A stretch of DNA of 20,000 bases from an uncultured virus (IMG/VR IMGVR_UViG_3300030372_002776) (Duplodnaviria; Heunggongvirae; Uroviricota; Caudoviricetes). The notes beneath the pieces are model-generated. The model was not told the DNA's origin. It did no database searches and was given only the letters and a program-made list of their open reading frames with translations. Every line of letters begins with the position of its first letter. The stretch's first letter is position 1. Made by a program: the position numbers and the translations under genes. The DNA lies in the IMG/VR virus record IMGVR_UViG_3300030372_002776. One strand, given 5' to 3'. Shown here one piece after another: positions 16,069 to 20,000 of the stretch.

Positions 16069-17724
16069 TTAAGGGGCGGCATCGCCAGTATATAATACGG
16101 ATACGGGAGTAGAAGTCATAAGAGGAGGACCATCTTTAAAAGCATGATCTGAAGGAAGGTTTCCCGCGAGGCCCCATTTATGGGCTAAATAACCTTCAAC
16201 TCTTTCTCTTGGATTATCAGCAATATCGTTGCTAGATCCTAAATCGTAAAATAAAAATTCTTTTATTGTACCATTAAAATAGTCTTGTCTTGTAACATTT
16301 CCATGTCTATCTTCTACTTTTGTAACTCCAAGGTCAACATTTCCAGTAGCTAAATTTAGATTTTTATTATTTGTTGCGCTTACTTTTCCATCTCCGTTTA
16401 CATAAATAGAGCATAATCCATTTGATCCATCTCTATGAACAGTAAGCATATAAGTAGTATTTGTAGCTAATGCGATTGTTTTTTGTACATTTTGATCTAA
16501 AAATCCACCTTGTTTTAAATCAAAAGATCCGTTTGGAGTAGCATCATCATCTACTTTATAACGAAGATACCAGTTTACTTGAAATGAAGATTTATCAAAA
16601 ATAGTTCTGTATGCATCATCTGTAAAAGACGAAGGAGTCGTAAATACAACAAACATAGCATATCCATTTGTTCCTATATTAAATCCTGAAGGAGATGCTT
16701 TTTCAAAGTATTGGCTTGTTCCATTAAAGGAAAACTCCATATCGCTAGAATCAGGTATTAAAATAGTTGTAGGTGAATTTACTGGAGTAAGATCATTTCC
16801 TGTTGCACTAAAATCTTTTATATTAACAGAAGTCGTAAATTTATCTTCAGTATTTAAGTTTCCTTGATATTGTTCTGCTTTATACCACGCTTTTAGTTCT
16901 GTATCTGTAGTGTCATCCATAACATTAATTGGAGTTAATGTCCAGCCGTTGCTATCAGTAGTAGTTAATGTTCCCGTTCCGGGGGCCGTAGGATTAGATA
17001 AATTAACAAAATTAATATAAGAATTTCTCAAGTTAGTGGATGTGCCAGTAACAGCACCCCCTACATTAACATAATCTTCATCAAAAGATCCCCCTCCAGT
17101 AATTAATCCTTTTGCTTTATCATAAAAAGATTTATGGACTTTTCTAAATACAGAAAGAGTATATGCACCTATATAGATATTTTCATTTACAATAAAAGAA
17201 TAATTTCTTTTTCGCGTCTGTGATTCTCCTCCTGTAAAATCTGTCATGGTTATTTCTCCACCAGTAACTAAGCCTCCTGATGGACTAGAAGCAATATTTC
17301 CTGAAGAGCCTTGTACACTACTAACCGCTAAGGTTATTACATTGTTGCTTCTAGTAACGCTGTCCCAGCCAGTCTGGATCGGAGTGGCTATAAGAGTGAG
17401 AGAATTAAAAATAGCCTCTGCTGAGTCTTCTAAAGACGAAATATCAGAAGTTCCAACTAAAGTTGATGTACTTTGAGCTATTGTTTTGCTACTATCTGTT
17501 GTAAGAGTTGTAGGTTGAACCCCCGTACCATAAATAACACTATCGTAAAGAGAATTAAAAACAAAAGTTTCTCCGTTAGATCCAGCTAAGGTTCCTGCAA
17601 CAGTAATTTCAGCCGAAGCACTATCATTACCTTCAAACAGTCGCTTCCCTTTAATAGAAAGAATAGGGCTATTAAAAGTAATCTTTGGCACAGAGGAATC
17701 TGCTACTATTTGATTATAAGCCAT
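16069..17724 (-). CDS. Virion protein with N-terminal sheath-insert-like module and C-terminal LamG/concanavalin A-like lectin domain
   Basis: LKAWYKAE...IKDFSATGNDLT...FNGTSQYFE...AMFVVF...IYVNG...YFNGTIKEFLFYD...RERVEGYLAHKWGLAGNLPSDH follows the LamG-like pattern of phage adhesion proteins. AAGGA RBS. Confidence 0.75.
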   Translation of the reverse strand: MAYNQIVADSSVPKITFNSPILSIKGKRLFEGNDSASAEITVAGTLAGSNGETFVFNSLYDSVIYGTGVQPTTLTTDSSKTIAQSTSTLVGTSDISSLEDSAEAIFNSLTLIATPIQTGWDSVTRSNNVITLAVSSVQGSSGNIASSPSGGLVTGGEITMTDFTGGESQTRKRNYSFIVNENIYIGAYTLSVFRKVHKSFYDKAKGLITGGGSFDEDYVNVGGAVTGTSTNLRNSYINFVNLSNPTAPGTGTLTTTDSNGWTLTPINVMDDTTDTELKAWYKAEQYQGNLNTEDKFTTSVNIKDFSATGNDLTPVNSPTTILIPDSSDMEFSFNGTSQYFEKASPSGFNIGTNGYAMFVVFTTPSSFTDDAYRTIFDKSSFQVNWYLRYKVDDDATPNGSFDLKQGGFLDQNVQKTIALATNTTYMLTVHRDGSNGLCSIYVNGDGKVSATNNKNLNLATGNVDLGVTKVEDRHGNVTRQDYFNGTIKEFLFYDLGSSNDIADNPRERVEGYLAHKWGLAGNLPSDHAFKDGPPLMTSTPVSVLYTGDAAP

Positions 17725-17733
17725 AGATTATCC

Positions 17734-18984
17734 TTACTTTACTTTTTTAGCAAACTGCATAAAGTTTTTTTCTACAGCTAATTTAACAGCCGCTGCATTA
17801 TCAATGTTGTCAAGAGGCATTCCAGAAGATCCCGGCTCTATGGTAAAGTTGTAAGTTGCGTGTTTGTTTCCTGTTCCTCCAGAAAAGTCAGTTACTGCAA
17901 TATCATCAAGATCTTCACCAACGCCGCCTTCTTCTTCATCATGAACTGTGTTACCTGTTGCTCCAGCCGTTGCTTGGAAAAGAGTAATTGCTTGTTTTCC
18001 ATCAGCCTGAGTAGGGACTTCTGAAACAAAAATCTTTCCATTATGACCAGCAGCAGATTCAATTGCCGCCTTAAATTGAACTAATACAGCATTTTGAGTA
18101 GAAGAGCTTAGGTCTGGAATAGTTACAGCAATTGCTCCATCAAGTCCTGCTGGGAGTGTCGATGCACCTGTATCAGCACCAGTACTCAATGCGGTGCCTG
18201 TAGCTGCTTGAGTTCCTGCGGGTGCATCATCTACAATGACATACTTCCTTGTAGTTCCATCAGTACTTATAAGCTTAAGGTTACCAAGTTCATCACATAG
18301 AGTAACCGCATCGCCGTCAGTTACGGTTATGGTACAAGTTGCTGCTGTTCCAATTCCTCCGCTAAAATCGGGCTTAGTAGTTAAAACAGGAACATCACAA
18401 GTTACTGTAGTGTTTCCTGCTCTTCCTTCTATTTTTTGAGTAAAAGTCATAGTCTTAGGACCGTCAGATACGGCTGCAGCAGCACTTACTGTAATTCTAC
18501 CGTTATGCCCATTAGCATGTTCAACGGCATCTTTAAGTTTATTTAAATATGCTGATTGGGTTGCTGAAGCACTTACTACCACAGCAACACATTGAACACC
18601 AGTATTAAAAAGCTGTGAATCTAAAGTTGAAGCACCTGTGTCCCCATTTTCACCGAGAATATCTCCAGTAGAAGGGGAGCCTGCTTGTCCAGACCTACAA
18701 GTAACATAATATCTACTTGTTCCATCAGTTGATGTCATCCGTATGGATGTTCCTTCTGTCCACTGACTCGCTGTAGCATCGTCTCCATCAGGAACAGTAA
18801 GAACAGAAGTAGCTGCTGCTCCTGCTACGTCATAAGGATATTTATCATTCATAAAAGTCGATAGGGCCACATTAGCAATATCGTCTACTACCTCTGAGTT
18901 TGAATCAGGAGCAGATGATGTTCCTTGATTATCGCAAGCAGAGGCAATCGCGTCTAAGTATTCTGTATCTCCAATAGCCATCAT
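17734..18984 (-). CDS. Virion-type protein containing two tandem ~155-aa repeats
   Basis: 416-aa ORF with AGGAG RBS. Both repeats share AAT..(L/I)TV.DGD, STDGT.R.YV, DTGASTL, TQ.A.L...K.A(V/I)E.A.GHNG(R/K)I.VS, DG...(M/I)T..Q...G..GNT and DFSGG. Confidence 0.85.
   Translation of the reverse strand: MMAIGDTEYLDAIASACDNQGTSSAPDSNSEVVDDIANVALSTFMNDKYPYDVAGAAATSVLTVPDGDDATASQWTEGTSIRMTSTDGTSRYYVTCRSGQAGSPSTGDILGENGDTGASTLDSQLFNTGVQCVAVVVSASATQSAYLNKLKDAVEHANGHNGRITVSAAAAVSDGPKTMTFTQKIEGRAGNTTVTCDVPVLTTKPDFSGGIGTAATCTITVTDGDAVTLCDELGNLKLISTDGTTRKYVIVDDAPAGTQAATGTALSTGADTGASTLPAGLDGAIAVTIPDLSSSTQNAVLVQFKAAIESAAGHNGKIFVSEVPTQADGKQAITLFQATAGATGNTVHDEEEGGVGEDLDDIAVTDFSGGTGNKHATYNFTIEPGSSGMPLDNIDNAAAVKLAVEKNFMQFAKKVK
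17875..18816 (-). repeat. Intragenic tandem domain duplication (copies at approx. 18355-18816 and 17875-18346)
   Basis: Collinear protein motifs in both copies; residual DNA identity, e.g. tccatcagt (STDG) and gcacctgtRtc (DTGA), in both. Confidence 0.9.
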
Positions 18985-19007
18985 TAGGCTCCTTTCATAA
19001 AATGAAA

Positions 19008-19130
19008 TTATTTTTTTCTTTTTGAATACGATTTTGAAGACATTTTACTGCCTGTCTTCTTGGCATATTTTTTAGCTGCCTCTTTACCTGATTTGGTATA
19101 AGGGAATTTCTTTTTTCCTACTTTTGGCAT
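19008..19130 (-). CDS. 40-aa Lys-rich basic protein (not in the ORF track)
   Basis: Hand translation MPKVGKKKFPYTKSGKEAAKKYAKKTGSKMSSKSYSKRKK*. TAATG stop/start overlap with the upstream gene and GAGGA RBS. Confidence 0.8.
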   Translation of the reverse strand: MPKVGKKKFPYTKSGKEAAKKYAKKTGSKMSSKSYSKRKK

Positions 19131-19477
19131 TATTTTTTCCTCTTTCGTGGTGGTCGTGGTACACTTGGTCTGGGGGACCGAGGGGCATCAGGGTTTCTTG
19201 GTGGTCGAGGCCTTACTCCCGGTTTGTTGGGACCGCCCCTACTCCCTGCTGGTCTGTCTCTTCCCTTCGCAGGTGTGGCGTTGGGTGTAGGCGGCTCGTA
19301 GGGGACGTAGGGGCCGACTCCCGGTCGCATGTGCTTTCTGTGTTCGGGCCACTTATCAGGGTAAAACGTATCTGGGTGAACAAATGGAAAATATGCTCTA
19401 TTTTCTGGCCTGCCAGATCCTTTACTAGATAAGTATCTAGATCTAGAACCAGATCCGTTCATGTTTTTTTTAGACAT
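19130..19477 (-). CDS. 115-aa Pro/Arg-rich basic protein, paralogue of 19625..19999
   Basis: AAGGA RBS inside the end of the upstream gene; N-terminus MSKKNMNGSGSRSRYLSSKGSGRPENR shared with its paralogue; low-complexity R/P tail. Confidence 0.75.
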   Translation of the reverse strand: MSKKNMNGSGSRSRYLSSKGSGRPENRAYFPFVHPDTFYPDKWPEHRKHMRPGVGPYVPYEPPTPNATPAKGRDRPAGSRGGPNKPGVRPRPPRNPDAPRSPRPSVPRPPRKRKK

Positions 19478-19480
19478 TGT

Positions 19481-19621
19481 TTATTTCCTTCTTGTTTTAG
19501 TAGGCCTAGGCTTAGGCTTTCGTGGTTTAGGCTTAGGCTTTACTTTTGGAGCCTTAGGCTTCTTTGGATTAACCTTAGGGTGATGAGGAGCATAACCTCC
19601 TCGTTTTGGTTTCTGTGGCAT
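19481..19621 (-). CDS. 46-aa Lys/Pro-rich basic protein (not in the ORF track)
   Basis: Hand translation MPQKPKRGGYAPHHPKVNPKKPKAPKVKPKPKPRKPKPRPTKTRRK*. AAGGT RBS; fills the gap with 3-nt spacers on both sides. Confidence 0.75.
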   Translation of the reverse strand: MPQKPKRGGYAPHHPKVNPKKPKAPKVKPKPKPRKPKPRPTKTRRK

Positions 19622-19624
19622 GGT

Positions 19625-19999
19625 TTATCTACCTTTTCCTGTTCTACCACGTTTTCTGTTTTTTCGCTCTAATTCTAGAAGCCTTCTGTTTTCGTCTCTT
19701 CTTCTTCTGATAGAGTCCTGTGATTCGCCGGGCCTTCTTCTAACACCATCTTCATCACCGCCACCGGGTTCGCTTGGAGTATCAAACCACGGAGTTTCTG
19801 GTCTACGGACAGGAGAATAGGGTTTTGATGGTGGATCTAATGGAGATCCCTCGGGGTATGGAAGACCCGGAGTATAAAAGCCGGGTAGTTTTCGGAGAGG
19901 ACTATAATCGACGCTTCTATTTCCCGGCCTACTGCCAGATCCTTTAGATCCTGTCATTCTTGCTCTAGAACCAGAGCCATTAAACATATTCTTAGCCAT
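19625..19999 (-). CDS. 124-aa Arg/Pro/Gly-rich basic protein, paralogue of 19130..19477
   Basis: MAKNMFNGSGSRARMTGSKGSGSRPGNR N-terminus aligns with the paralogue, which supports this start although the RBS is outside the window. Arg-rich C-terminus. Confidence 0.7.
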   Translation of the reverse strand: MAKNMFNGSGSRARMTGSKGSGSRPGNRSVDYSPLRKLPGFYTPGLPYPEGSPLDPPSKPYSPVRRPETPWFDTPSEPGGGDEDGVRRRPGESQDSIRRRRDENRRLLELERKNRKRGRTGKGR

Positions 20000-20000
20000 T

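Noticed and set aside
17734..18984. True contractile tail sheath gene
   Set aside because: Only the insertion-like module is present. The conserved sheath core is missing, and the phage encodes podovirus gp11/gp12 tail proteins.
18993..19007. TTTCAT-AAA-ATGAAA inverted repeat as a terminator
   Set aside because: AT-rich 6-bp stem with no following U-tract; too weak to call.
4795..19820. Remaining plus-strand ORFs and nested minus-strand ORFs (e.g. 4795..4986, 13000..13350, 19124..19432, 19620..19820)
   Set aside because: All overlap well-supported minus-strand genes of a single-direction operon.
1..20000. tRNA, rRNA, CRISPR array, IS element or T7-type RNA polymerase promoter consensus
   Set aside because: The window is almost entirely coding. 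I saw no cloverleaf, spaced repeats, transposase or repeated ~20-bp promoter in the few intergenic gaps.

Overview
The whole window is a tightly packed, minus-strand late/structural region of an AT-rich, T7-like (Autographiviridae-type) podovirus, probably an uncultured aquatic phage. In transcription order (right to left): four very small K/R/P-rich basic proteins (two are paralogues, two are missing from the ORF track); a 416-aa protein with a tandem duplicated domain; a 551-aa LamG/ConA-like protein; a 151-aa beta-rich virion-type protein; a holin-like gene coupled to a lipoprotein with a C-terminal TM helix (u-spanin-like); capsid scaffold (gp9-like); a structured ~170-nt leader; major capsid (gp10-like); an intrinsic terminator; tail tubular A (gp11-like); a greatly enlarged 1909-aa tail tubular B (gp12-like); a 503-aa protein with an Mtd-like N-terminus; and a >1437-aa Cys-rich protein that runs off the left edge and is absent from the ORF track. 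Main observations: (1) a ~120-155 aa module resembling the Mu-type tail-sheath insertion domain occurs at least four times in three virion-type proteins of a non-contractile phage; (2) the Mtd_N protein plus giant Cys-rich protein sit where T7 has its internal virion genes; (3) a multibranch RNA structure precedes the capsid gene; (4) a cluster of protamine-like genes; (5) a holin plus u-spanin-like pair sits where the portal gene is expected. All homology calls come from motif recognition by eye; no searches were run.
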